DNA of 64,000 nt, from the NCBI GenBank assembly GCA_963761945.1, contig CAVXIM010000019.1:263933-327932 (forward strand). Reading direction: 5' to 3'. The position numbers and the translations under genes are program-made. The notes under the pieces were generated by a model. That model worked only from the letters and a program-made list of their open reading frames with translations. It was not told the origin of the DNA and did no database searches. Positions 10,585 through 20,987 of the stretch are shown piece after piece. This DNA comes from an uncultured Acidobacteriota bacterium (GTDB lineage Bacteria > Acidobacteriota > Terriglobia > Acidiferrales > UBA7541). Numbering within the stretch: the first letter of the stretch is position 1; each line of letters starts with the position of its first letter.

Positions 10585-12045
10585 TCACTTCTGCGACACC
10601 TCGGTCGTGGCGGCTTTTTGCAGTTCCGCGTACGGCGCGACAACGGCGTGCAGAGGCGCGATGGTGGCTACATCCAGCTTCATTTTCTGCAGATCCTCAT
10701 ATAACAGCACGGTTCCGGAATGGGATCGAGGCCCTGGCGACGGCGCGTTCGGGGGCGCCGGGGTGAAGTCATCCGCCTCTACCAGGATTTTTTCCTTCGG
10801 CATGTAGACCATGGACATGACCACATTGTGAGTGTCGCCGGGGATGCGATAAACATCGATCTCCCGTCCTCCATCAGTGAGGGCGTACTTGTCTTTGAAC
10901 GTAACGAAGCTGGCCTTCTTGGGACTCTGCGCGAGGTGATCCGGGTCCAGCGTGCGCGGGGCCTTCCAGGCTTGTTCGTAGAAGGACTTGTTCGCCTCCT
11001 GCGTGATGACCGTGGCGCCCTCGGCGACAAAGTAGCGGACGCCCCCCAAGTGGTCAAAGTGGGCGTGGGTATTGATCAGATACTTGATGGGCTTCTCCGG
11101 GACCAGCTTTTTGGCCTCGGCCATGATGCCCGCGGCACGCGCGTCGTTCAGCGGGCTCTCGATCATCACCGCGTAGTCCGGAAATTCAACCAGCACGCTG
11201 TTGTGCGTTCCGCCTGCCAGGAACCAAACTCCGTCCGCCAGTTTCTGATTGGTAACGTTGACCGGCGGGATTTTGGCCGCTTTCACATTATCGGGAACTG
11301 TGAGGGCGAGGTTGGAATTGGCGCGCACATCGCTAACGGTAAGATTGAGGACCGGCCAGCCGCCCTCTTTTTGCACGATCATGGTGGGGAACTTCACGCC
11401 ATTGAAATCTTTATAGCCGGAGTAATTGGTCTCCACCGGCATGTCGCCGAGGACGGGATTCGGCAGCCAGGTTTCCGTCCGGGTAACCATGCCCTGCTTA
11501 TCGATCGTGCCGTTTATTTTGAATTTGCCCTCGGTGAACGAGATCACCGTACCGCCATTGCCCTTCTTCGCCGTGGCGTTATTTTCCATGGCCGCTTTCA
11601 GGAAGCCATGCGGAGTAAGCCAGATTTGCAGTTGGCGCTCTTCGGCCGCGGCGATCGCGGGCTGTGCATTGTTGCCTGGCTGGTTCCAGGCATATTCGCC
11701 GCTGACGAGATTGACCTGCTTCTGCTCGCCTGCGAATGGCGCTCCGCCGCCATTGCGGATGGGGGTGGGCTCAACCTGGGTCATCTCTTCCTTCGCGGAC
11801 TTGGAGCCATAATCGATCGTGCGTGTATACGATTTGATGTCGTTTACGGGCCAGGCTCCGCCGGGCGTAAATTCCTGTCCCAGAATGCCGAATTGGCCGG
11901 TGCCCGAGTATTGGATCGATTTCACATCGCCCATGGCCTTAGTGGCCGATTGCAAAACGCTCTTGGCGTCCTGAGCGATTGCCGAAAGAGTCAGGCCCAA
12001 CAAAAGGCCGAAGAACATCGCAAAGCTCAAAGATTTTCTGCTCAT
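10585..12045 (-). CDS. MBL-fold metallo-hydrolase, secreted
   Basis: Signal peptide 'FAMFFGLLLGLTLSAIAQ' and metal motif 'INTHAHFDHLGG' (HxHxDH). Confidence 0.75.
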   Translation of the reverse strand: MSRKSLSFAMFFGLLLGLTLSAIAQDAKSVLQSATKAMGDVKSIQYSGTGQFGILGQEFTPGGAWPVNDIKSYTRTIDYGSKSAKEEMTQVEPTPIRNGGGAPFAGEQKQVNLVSGEYAWNQPGNNAQPAIAAAEERQLQIWLTPHGFLKAAMENNATAKKGNGGTVISFTEGKFKINGTIDKQGMVTRTETWLPNPVLGDMPVETNYSGYKDFNGVKFPTMIVQKEGGWPVLNLTVSDVRANSNLALTVPDNVKAAKIPPVNVTNQKLADGVWFLAGGTHNSVLVEFPDYAVMIESPLNDARAAGIMAEAKKLVPEKPIKYLINTHAHFDHLGGVRYFVAEGATVITQEANKSFYEQAWKAPRTLDPDHLAQSPKKASFVTFKDKYALTDGGREIDVYRIPGDTHNVVMSMVYMPKEKILVEADDFTPAPPNAPSPGPRSHSGTVLLYEDLQKMKLDVATIAPLHAVVAPYAELQKAATTEVSQK

Positions 12046-12380
12046 AGTTCACCTCCTGATTGGTGACGGCGCCGCCCTCAGGGGACGGGGCGCAGGAAAC
12101 AAGTCTTCCGCAGCTTGGCCGAGCATTATATAGCCGGAAGCAAAGGAGGAATAGGAAAAGTCGACCGCCGCTGCTGGCCGCGCGGCGCCGGAAGAAAGCG
12201 GAAAAGACCGCGCGAGATGTACACCCCCTCCCCCGAGTTCAGCGCAAGTGCAGATTCTGCGGGAGATAAAGTCATTGATTTCGTAAGTGCACATTCCAGA
12301 GGAGTTGCACAAAGAAGGCCTCTAAGCGGGCGTTCGAAAGAGCACAGCCAGGAGTGACTGTGCCAGTTGTAGATACTCGA

Positions 12381-12432
12381 AAAGCCTCAGGTCTACCCGA
12401 CGAAATACGTCGGGGACAACCTGAGCTACAAG
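12381..12432 (-). repeat. GC-rich hairpin element, copy B
   Basis: The minus strand reads 'TTGTAGCTCAGGTTGTCCCCGACGTATTTCGTCGGGTAGACCTGAGGCTTTT'. The outer 6 bp and inner 7 bp pair around an internal loop. It has the same flanks as copy A. Confidence 0.55.
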
Positions 12433-12436
12433 AATT

Positions 12437-12476
12437 ACAAAAAAAGAAAGGCGGCCCGGATGAAACCGGGCCGCCT
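12437..12476 (-). terminator. Rho-independent terminator of groEL
   Basis: 11-bp stem AGGCGGCCCGG (12449-12459) / CCGGGCCGCCT (12466-12476). On the minus strand it is followed by 'TTCTTTTTTT'. Confidence 0.8.
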
Positions 12477-12540
12477 CTGGTTGTCGCTAGTAGCTGCCGC
12501 CGCGCATACTTCGTGCGCCACGACACGCTGACACAGCGGT

Positions 12541-14187
<1,647 letters not shown>

Positions 14188-14278
14188 CTAAGAATTTTTA
14201 CTTTGAATCTACTGTCCTATTTCCGATCTCCTGTTTTCCGCCATGCGCGACTGTCTCGCACGTTGTTATTGGCGAAAG

Positions 14279-14339
14279 CTAAGAGAGTTCCCTCGCTCGC
14301 GATACTCGCTCGGGACGAGCATCCTGATCGGATGCTCGG
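14279..14339 (-). repeat. Post-stop-codon repeat element, copy C2 (in groES-groEL spacer)
   Basis: The minus strand, directly after the groES TAA stop, reads 'CCGAGCATCCGATCAGGATGCTCGTCCCGAGCGAGTATCGCGAGCGAGGGAACTCTCTTAG'. It has a perfect 8-bp hairpin GAGCATCC/GGATGCTC. Confidence 0.7.
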
Positions 14340-14660
14340 TTAACGCTTGGACGTGGCGACTTTGGCCGCCGCGCCGAGCTTGGCCAGAATCTCTTCCTCA
14401 CGCAAGATGAGGAACTCTTCGTTGTCGAGCTTGATTTCTGTACCGCTATATTTGCCAAATAGAATGCGGTCGCCGGGCTTCACGTCCATCGGAACACGTT
14501 CGCCCTTCTCGATTTTGCCTGCGCCCACAGCGATGACTTCGCCTTCCTGCGGCTTTTCTTTGGCGGTATCGGGAATGATGATGCCGCCCTTGACGGTCTC
14601 TTTCTCCTCGATGCGCTTGACCAGCACGCGGTCATGCAGGGGAGTCACGTTGACTGCCAT
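14340..14660 (-). CDS. groS: Co-chaperonin GroES (10 kDa)
   Basis: '[40 protein letters not shown]...[15 protein letters not shown]'. Confidence 0.95.
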   Translation of the reverse strand: MAVNVTPLHDRVLVKRIEEKETVKGGIIIPDTAKEKPQEGEVIAVGAGKIEKGERVPMDVKPGDRILFGKYSGTEIKLDNEEFLILREEEILAKLGAAAKVATSKR

Positions 14661-14709
14661 CGTTAGTTATCCTCCGTGCGAATATTCGGGGTGACCTGCA
14701 AGGAGCCGT

Positions 14710-14736
14710 TTAGCACTCCTCTGAGGCGACTGCTAA
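14710..14736. promoter_or_regulatory. CIRCE operator (HrcA binding site)
   Basis: TTAGCACTC-N9-GACTGCTAA has one mismatch to the consensus TTAGCACTC-N9-GAGTGCTAA. It lies about 50 nt upstream of groES. Confidence 0.85.
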
Positions 14737-14763
14737 TATAGCCAGCCGCCAATCCCCTGTCAA
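14735..14763 (-). promoter_or_regulatory. Sigma70-type promoter of groES-groEL
   Basis: Minus strand: TTGACA (14763-14758), a 17-nt spacer, then TATATT (14740-14735). The -10 box overlaps the first CIRCE half-site. Confidence 0.7.
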
Positions 14764-14906
14764 GAGTCTAGGCGCAGACAGGAATATTTGAGGCTGTGGA
14801 TTTCGGAATTTCTCCCTGTAGGGGAATGCCCTTACTTGAACATTGTATCTTACTGTAAATACTATGCTTATTGTATATTTTTAGTGGGGCAAGCGAGGGA
14901 ATGGGT

Positions 14907-15050
14907 CCGCCTGAAAGCAGCTGCTACAGAAACCAAACCCGGGGCGGAATCGGACCGCCTAAAGGTCTGCCACTTCACAAAGCAAACCCTCACGAATCGG
15001 CGCGCCTGAGGACGGCCGCTACACAAATGAAACCTAGCTCTGACATTAGG
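14907..15050. repeat. Three degenerate tandem units of ~47-48 nt
   Basis: Units start at 14907, 14955 and 15002. They read 'CCGCCTGAAAGCAGCTGCTACAGAAACCAAACCC..GAATCGGA', 'CCGCCTAAAGGTCTGCCACTTCACAAAGCAAACCC..GAATCGGC' and 'GCGCCTGAGGACGGCCGCTACACAAATGAAACCT..'. Confidence 0.55.
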
Positions 15051-15074
15051 CCGTAAAATAAGTAGCCGCCGGTC

Positions 15075-15866
15075 ATGGATCAACATACAGATCAGTTGCA
15101 ACCTACCGATCACTACATCGAGTTCCGCGAGGTGAGCAAATCGTTTGACGATCACGTGGTGCTGGATCATGTGAGCTTCACAGTCGATCCCGGGGAGACG
15201 TGCGTCATCATGGGGCGCAGCGGCGTGGGGAAATCGGTCACGCTGAAGCACATTCTGGGTTTCCTGAAGCCGGATTCGGGGCGCGTGATCGTGGCCGGCC
15301 AGGACATCACGGACTGGAAAGAGCGGGAGTTAGTGCAGATTCGGCGACGGGTAACCATGGTCTTTCAGTCGGGGGCCCTCTTCGATTCGCTGACCGTCGG
15401 CGAGAACATTGCTTTTCCTCTGGCCGAGCGCCCTGACCTTTCGCCGGAAGCGGTCGACTCGCGTGTGGCCGAACTGGCCGAGATGCTGGAGATCAGCGAG
15501 TTCCTCGACAAGCTTCCCGACGAACTGAGCACGGGAATGAAACGCGCGGTGGCCATTGCCCGCGCCCTGGCGCAAGATCCGGAAGCCATTCTTTACGACG
15601 AGCCCACTACGATGGTTGATCCGTTGATGGCCACGCAGACGGGAAATCTGATCCTGAAGCTCAAGCAGGCCACACATAAGACCTCGGTCGTGGTGACGCA
15701 CGACACGCATCTGGGAAAGAAAATCGCCGACAAGCTCGTATTCTTGCAAGACGGCAAGGTGGGTTTTTTCGGCTCATGGAGTGATTTCGAGGCTTCCGAC
15801 GAGCCTTTCCTGCGTAATTTCCGGCTGCAGGACGAACTGATCCCCGAGATGGATGTGACGATGTAA
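15075..15866 (+). CDS. ABC transporter ATP-binding protein, MlaF/Mkl-like
   Basis: Walker A 'GRSGVGKSV', signature-like 'LSTGMKRAVAIARAL' and Walker B 'ILYDEPTTMVDP'. Confidence 0.8.
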   Translation: MDQHTDQLQPTDHYIEFREVSKSFDDHVVLDHVSFTVDPGETCVIMGRSGVGKSVTLKHILGFLKPDSGRVIVAGQDITDWKERELVQIRRRVTMVFQSGALFDSLTVGENIAFPLAERPDLSPEAVDSRVAELAEMLEISEFLDKLPDELSTGMKRAVAIARALAQDPEAILYDEPTTMVDPLMATQTGNLILKLKQATHKTSVVVTHDTHLGKKIADKLVFLQDGKVGFFGSWSDFEASDEPFLRNFRLQDELIPEMDVTM

Positions 15867-15973
15867 GCAGGTTTCACGATGTCGGTGCCGGCCTGCAAGC
15901 CGCCACAGAGACAAGGCCGACCGAAACGTCGCCGCTACAAACCTCCTCAAACTCTGCTATCGTTCCGGCGGCA

Positions 15974-17437
15974 ATGGCTGCTGCTTCCGAATCTGCGACG
16001 TCCCCCGCGCATCCGCAACTGCCCCGCGTAATGGGCTTTTGGGATGTGCTGCTTTTTAACATTGCCACAGTGCTGGGCCCGCGCTGGATTGCCGCGGCCG
16101 CGCACAATGGCACGTCTTCGATCAGCCTGTGGATCATCGCGGCCGTCTTTTTCTTTGTGCCCACGGCGCTGGTGATCGTGGAACTTTCCAGCCGCTTCCC
16201 GGAGGAAGGCGGTCTGTACGCATGGTCGCGCGACGCCTTTGGCGAATTCCACGGCTTCGTGGCCGGCTGGACGTATTGGGTGTACACGCTTTTCTATCTT
16301 CCGGGCCTGTGCTTTGCCAGCACGTCCATGAGCGCCTACGTTGGGGGGATCGGCGCGGCAAGCCTGGCGCAGAACCGCACATTTTTGCTGGTGGGTTCGT
16401 TTGTGCTGCTTTTCGTGGCCGTGTATCTCAACATCATCGGACTGCGCATCGGAAAATGGCTGCAGAACGCGGGCGGGCTGGGCACGTATTTGCCGCTACT
16501 GATCCTGGTGGCGGTGGCGTTTGCAATGTGGCGGACGCACGGCTCGGTGACGCACTACACCTGGGCGAACCTATGGCCGCGGTGGAATTGGGATACGGCG
16601 AACTTCTGGCCGCAGCTGGCATTTGCGTTCACGGGTTTGGAGCTGGTTTCCGCGATGAGCGACGAAGTGCGCGATCCGCGCAAGACCTTGCCGCGCGCGA
16701 TCTTCGGCTCCGGCGTGCTGATCGCGCTGATTTACATCGCCGGAACGATTGCGGTTCTGACGTTGCTGAACGATACGGCGGTGGATCCCAAGAGCGGAGT
16801 TTTCCAGGCCATCACCGCGGCGTCAGCGGTTTTGAAGATCGGCGCGATCGGCATTATCGCCGCGCTGCTGGTCACGGTGGGAAACGCGGGCGGCGTGGGC
16901 AGCACGGTGACGGGAATTGCGCGCGTGCCGTTTATGGTGGGCGTGGACCGATATTTGCCCGCGGCCTTTGGCAGAGTCCATCCGCGATGGAAGACGCCGC
17001 ACATTTCGATCCTGGTGCAGGCGATCATTTCCGGCGCCATCCTTCTGCTCAGCCAGATCAGCGAAACGACCGTCAGCGCGTATCAGATTCTCGTCGATGC
17101 GACGGTGATCCTCTACTTCATCCCGTTTCTCTATATGTATGCCGCCGTGGTCAAGCTGGCGTATCGTCCGGACAGAGAGAAGACGCCGGGCGCCGTCCTG
17201 ATTCCCGGCGGCAAGATCGGAGTTTGGATCGCCGGCGGACTCGGGTTTTTGGTTGTGCTGCTGGGAATCGTCCTGTCGTTCATTCCGCCCGGTGAGACCG
17301 AGAATAAGTTGCTCTTCGAGATGAAGCTCATCAGCGGGACGGCGTTCGCGGTGCTGTTTGGAATTGCGCTCTACGCTCGCGGCGCGCGCACGAGGTCGCG
17401 GGAGCGAGAGAGCGTGCCGAGCCGCACAGTGCGTTAG
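15974..17437 (+). CDS. APC-family amino acid permease
   Basis: About 12 hydrophobic segments and an N-terminal 'FWDVLLFNIATVLGPRWI'. Typical APC length. Confidence 0.8.
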   Translation: MAAASESATSPAHPQLPRVMGFWDVLLFNIATVLGPRWIAAAAHNGTSSISLWIIAAVFFFVPTALVIVELSSRFPEEGGLYAWSRDAFGEFHGFVAGWTYWVYTLFYLPGLCFASTSMSAYVGGIGAASLAQNRTFLLVGSFVLLFVAVYLNIIGLRIGKWLQNAGGLGTYLPLLILVAVAFAMWRTHGSVTHYTWANLWPRWNWDTANFWPQLAFAFTGLELVSAMSDEVRDPRKTLPRAIFGSGVLIALIYIAGTIAVLTLLNDTAVDPKSGVFQAITAASAVLKIGAIGIIAALLVTVGNAGGVGSTVTGIARVPFMVGVDRYLPAAFGRVHPRWKTPHISILVQAIISGAILLLSQISETTVSAYQILVDATVILYFIPFLYMYAAVVKLAYRPDREKTPGAVLIPGGKIGVWIAGGLGFLVVLLGIVLSFIPPGETENKLLFEMKLISGTAFAVLFGIALYARGARTRSRERESVPSRTVR

Positions 17438-17865
17438 GCCCTATCGCGGGCCTCGTGGTTGGCCCAGATGCCGGGCGTGGCAAGCTCCACCAGATGACCG
17501 TCGGGGTCGCGAAAGTAGAGGCTTTCGCCACCACGCGACCATTTCACGCGACTCTCGATTTGAATCCCGAGCTCACCAAGCCGTTGCTCCCAAGTACGAA
17601 GGTCCTCCGCCGGAATGGCCAAGGCGAAGTGCAGGTGGCCGCTGCCATCGTGCGGCGGAATCACGCCGCCGGGCAGCGTAACCGGCTCAAAAGTGCTGCC
17701 GCGGAGAAAAAGTATCAAGACGTCATCGTCGCCAACCGAAAAGGCACAGAGGCGTTCGTCGGATACGAGGCGGCGGAAGTGGAAGAGCTTTTCGTAAAAC
17801 TGAGCGGCGCGCTCCAGATCGTCGACGTAAAGGCAGGTTTCGAGCACACCGGTGACGCGTGGCAT
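17434..17865 (-). CDS. VOC (glyoxalase/bleomycin-resistance/dioxygenase) family protein
   Basis: 'VLETCLYVDDLERAAQFYEKLF...GHLHFALAI...YFRDPDGHLVEL'. Confidence 0.65.
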   Translation of the reverse strand: MPRVTGVLETCLYVDDLERAAQFYEKLFHFRRLVSDERLCAFSVGDDDVLILFLRGSTFEPVTLPGGVIPPHDGSGHLHFALAIPAEDLRTWEQRLGELGIQIESRVKWSRGGESLYFRDPDGHLVELATPGIWANHEARDRA

Positions 17866-17871
17866 GGAGAT

Positions 17872-18600
17872 TCAGAAGCCTTCCTGAATCAGGCGCTCGA
17901 GGGATAGCGAGGATGCCGCGGCGGGGCGGCGAGCTTCCAGGATTCGTTCTACGTACTTCGCCAAGATATCGGTTTCGATATTTACGGCGTTGCCCACACG
18001 AAGCGTTTGCAGATTCGTGTTTGCGTAGGTGAAGGGAATAATCGCGGCTTCGACGGTATCGCCGGCGAGATTGGCCACCGTGAGGCTGATGCCATCGATG
18101 GCGATGGATCCTTTCATGGCCGCGTAGCGCGCAAGTTCCGGCGGTAAACGCACGCCGAGCCACCAGGTAGCGCCGCCGGCTTCCCAGCGATCTTCCCATC
18201 GCACTACACGGGCGATTCCGTCCACGTGGCCTTGCACGAAGTGGCCGCCGAACTCCTTGCCCGCGGTCATGGGACGCTCGAGATTTACGGGCGTGCCGGG
18301 TATGATCTCGCCGAATGAGGTGCGGCGCAGTGTTTCGGAAGAAAGATCGGCGGCGAAGGTTTCGCCGGCAATCTCCACGACGGTGAGGCAGCAGCCGTTC
18401 ACGGCGATGCTGCCGGAGACGGCGAGGGAAGCCGCCAGCGGGCCGGCGTGCACGCGAAGGCGGCTTGACTGCGAGCCACCGTCACCCGTGGTTTCCACGG
18501 CAGCTTTTCCGAACGCGCTCTTGTCGAGCGCTTCTTTGTTTATCGCGTTCTTCTCGAACGCTTGAATGCGCCCGACGTGCTCAATGATTCCGGTAAACAT
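17872..18600 (-). CDS. ribE: Riboflavin synthase
   Basis: 'MFTGIIEHVGRI', 'GSIAVNGCCLTV' and a second-repeat 'GSIAIDGISLTV'. The start is set at the MFTGII ATG 18600. Confidence 0.85.
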   Translation of the reverse strand: MFTGIIEHVGRIQAFEKNAINKEALDKSAFGKAAVETTGDGGSQSSRLRVHAGPLAASLAVSGSIAVNGCCLTVVEIAGETFAADLSSETLRRTSFGEIIPGTPVNLERPMTAGKEFGGHFVQGHVDGIARVVRWEDRWEAGGATWWLGVRLPPELARYAAMKGSIAIDGISLTVANLAGDTVEAAIIPFTYANTNLQTLRVGNAVNIETDILAKYVERILEARRPAAASSLSLERLIQEGF

Positions 18601-19795
18601 CGCGGAGATATCCTTCGACGGCGAAATCAGGGCCAAAATTTTCGGTGCGTACGCTGGAAAGCTCGTGAACCCGGGGCATGCCCGCGTGCTTACGCGGACG
18701 GAGCCCCGGCAGGGAGCTGCCGAGGCCGACCAGCGTGGGCGCGTAGAATAGCCGCACTTTCTCAACGAGATCGGCTTCGAGCACCGCCCGATTCAGAAGC
18801 GGGCCAGCCTCGAGCATGACGCTCAGGATATCGCGCCGGCCCAGCTCCTCGAGGACGGCCTGGAGGTCGGGCCGCCCGCGGCGCGGGCGGACGCGGCAAA
18901 TTTCGACCCCGGAGCGCACGAGCGCCTTTGCGCGAGCGCTGGAGGCGCTCGCGCACGTAAACACCAGCACATCGTGTTGTGCGGAACGAACCACTTGAGA
19001 TTTCAGGCCAAGCCGCAGACGCGAATCGAGTATCACGCGCAGCAGCGGGCGGCGGCGCGGCAACCCGCTGCGATCGGTGAGCAGCGGATTATCGGCGAGA
19101 ATCGTGCCGATGCCGGTCATGATGGCGTCCGAGGCGTGCCGCATGCGATGGACTTCGGCGCGAGAAATTTCCGAGGTAATCCAGCGCGACTCGTTTCCGT
19201 TGCGAGAGCGGGGCAGCACGAGACTGCCATCGAGCGTCAACGCGGTCTTCAGCGTCAGCAGCGGGCGGCGCTTGCGAATCCACCAAGCGAAGGACTCGTT
19301 CAGGCGGCGCGCTTGCACGCACGCGCCCGACGTGCAACTGCAATCAACCTGAATTCCGGCAGCGCGCAGATCCTTCAATCCGCGGCCCGCGACAGCGGGA
19401 TTCGGGTCGACCATCGCGGCGACCACGCGCGCGACGCCCGCGGCGATCAGAGCGCGGGTGCAGGGGCCGGTGCGCCCGGTGTGGCAGCACGGTTCGAGAT
19501 TGACGTACAGGGTTGCGCCGCGGGCCTCCTCGCCGGCGGCTTCCAGCGCGATGATCTCGGCGTGGCGCATGCCGTCGTAGGTGTGGAACCCTTCGGCAAT
19601 CATCTTGCCATCGCGAACGAGTACCGCGCCGACCATGGGATTGGGGCTGGCCAGTCCGAGGCCTTTGGCCGCGAGCTCCAACGCTCGCGCCATGAATTCA
19701 TCATCGCTTTGGTCACGGAGGCGATCGCGCACCTGCGCGTCTGCACGCGCAGCGCGGCTCGCCGAAGGTTTCGTCTCGGGTGCTTCGCGCGGCAT
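18581..19795 (-). CDS. ribD: Bifunctional pyrimidine deaminase / 5-amino-6-(5-phosphoribosylamino)uracil reductase
   Basis: 'FMARALELAAKG', deaminase zinc motif 'HAEIIALE...LEPCCHTGRTGPC' and a reductase half 'LKTALTLDG'. The start is placed at ATG 19795, 7 nt after the ftsY stop. Confidence 0.85.
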   Translation of the reverse strand: MPREAPETKPSASRAARADAQVRDRLRDQSDDEFMARALELAAKGLGLASPNPMVGAVLVRDGKMIAEGFHTYDGMRHAEIIALEAAGEEARGATLYVNLEPCCHTGRTGPCTRALIAAGVARVVAAMVDPNPAVAGRGLKDLRAAGIQVDCSCTSGACVQARRLNESFAWWIRKRRPLLTLKTALTLDGSLVLPRSRNGNESRWITSEISRAEVHRMRHASDAIMTGIGTILADNPLLTDRSGLPRRRPLLRVILDSRLRLGLKSQVVRSAQHDVLVFTCASASSARAKALVRSGVEICRVRPRRGRPDLQAVLEELGRRDILSVMLEAGPLLNRAVLEADLVEKVRLFYAPTLVGLGSSLPGLRPRKHAGMPRVHELSSVRTENFGPDFAVEGYLRDVYRNH

Positions 19796-19802
19796 CGCGG
19801 AT

Positions 19803-20753
19803 TTAATCGAAGAGGGAATTGACAAACGTTTGGGCATCAAAGGGCACGAGGTCGTCAGCCGTTTCGCCGGTTCCGACGAAGCTCACCGGCAATCCCAATT
19901 CGCGCACGATGGGAATGACGATACCGCCGCGCGCGGTGCCGTCGAGTTTGGTGAGCACGATGGCCGTGACGCCGGCTGTAGCGGTGAACTCGCGCGCCTG
20001 TGAGAGGCCGTTTTGGCCGGTGGTGGCATCCAGAACCAGCAGCACGTCGTGAGGCGCGCCGGGAACGAGCTTGGCGGCGGTGCGCTTCATTTTTTCGAGC
20101 TCTTGCATCAGGTTGGATTTGGTGTGCAGCCGGCCGGCGGTGTCGACGATGACGACGTCCACGCCGCGCGCGCGAGCCGCGGTGAGTCCGTCGTAGACCA
20201 CGGCGGCGGGATCGGCTCCCGGCTTCTGCTTGATCAACTCGGAACCGGTGCGGCCGGCCCACACGGCGAGCTGCTCGATGGCGGCGGCGCGAAAGGTGTC
20301 TCCGGCGCAAAGCATGACCGTCAAGCCATCTTCATGAAGGCGATGGGCCAGCTTGCCGATGGTGGTGGTTTTGCCGGTGCCGTTCACGCCAACGACGAAG
20401 ATCACTCGCGGGCGCGCATCCGCAGGGGCGCCATTCGATTTCGCGGGAACCGCGCTCAGGATTCCGAGCAATTGCTTTTTCAACGCGGCGCGCAGTTGGC
20501 CGGCGTCGGCGATAGGTTCGCCGTCCGCGGCCTGGCGAACCGCGTCGAGCATCTCCTTGGTCGTGCGAACGCCGAGATCCGCGGCGAGCAAGGCGTTTTC
20601 GAGGCGGCGAAGCTGCTCCGGATCGAGCCGCCGGTCGCCCGCAAAGATTCCTTCCACGCGCGCGGCGATCTCCGAACGCGTTTTGCCCACGGATTTTTTG
20701 AGGCGCTCGAGGAGCGATGGCGGGGGGTCGTTATTGCCAAAAAGCGTAATCAT
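19803..20753 (-). CDS. ftsY: Signal recognition particle receptor FtsY (short form)
   Basis: 'VGVNGTGKTTTIGKLA', 'DTAGRLH', 'TKLDGTARGG'. Confidence 0.9.
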   Translation of the reverse strand: MITLFGNNDPPPSLLERLKKSVGKTRSEIAARVEGIFAGDRRLDPEQLRRLENALLAADLGVRTTKEMLDAVRQAADGEPIADAGQLRAALKKQLLGILSAVPAKSNGAPADARPRVIFVVGVNGTGKTTTIGKLAHRLHEDGLTVMLCAGDTFRAAAIEQLAVWAGRTGSELIKQKPGADPAAVVYDGLTAARARGVDVVIVDTAGRLHTKSNLMQELEKMKRTAAKLVPGAPHDVLLVLDATTGQNGLSQAREFTATAGVTAIVLTKLDGTARGGIVIPIVRELGLPVSFVGTGETADDLVPFDAQTFVNSLFD

Positions 20754-20858
20754 GGGCGTAGGGATCGGCTAAAAGCGATTCTAGCAGAAGCTCAAGAGGG
20801 GCGCTCAGATGCAGGCCGATTGGCCAGAACCATGCCATTGTGAGGGAGGTGTATGCCC

Positions 20859-20950
20859 GAAGAATCTCTCTTCACCCCATCGACGGAGAGATCCTTCAGC
20901 CAGTGGCCTCAGGATGACACAACTATCCCTGCGGCACGCCTCGGGACGAA
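20859..20950 (-). repeat. Divergent relative of the post-stop element (C4) with a 12-bp hairpin
   Basis: The minus strand contains 'CGTCCCGAGGCG', 'GTCATCCTGAGGCC' and 'GAAGGATCTCTC' (compare GTCATCCCGAGCGA...GAGGGACCTCTC). The hairpin pairs 20859-20870 with 20886-20897, with one mismatch. It lies downstream of the DUF4149 gene stop in the same orientation. Confidence 0.35.
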
Positions 20951-20987
20951 GCGACGCAGGTTGATGTGCGCCGCGTTACGGCGCGCG

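Noticed and set aside
12046-12380. Regulatory RNA or promoter in the 335-nt leader of the MBL hydrolase gene
   Set aside because: Only a 'TATATAAT' -10-like box (12125-12132, minus strand) is visible, without a matching -35. I could not recognise any conserved riboswitch core.
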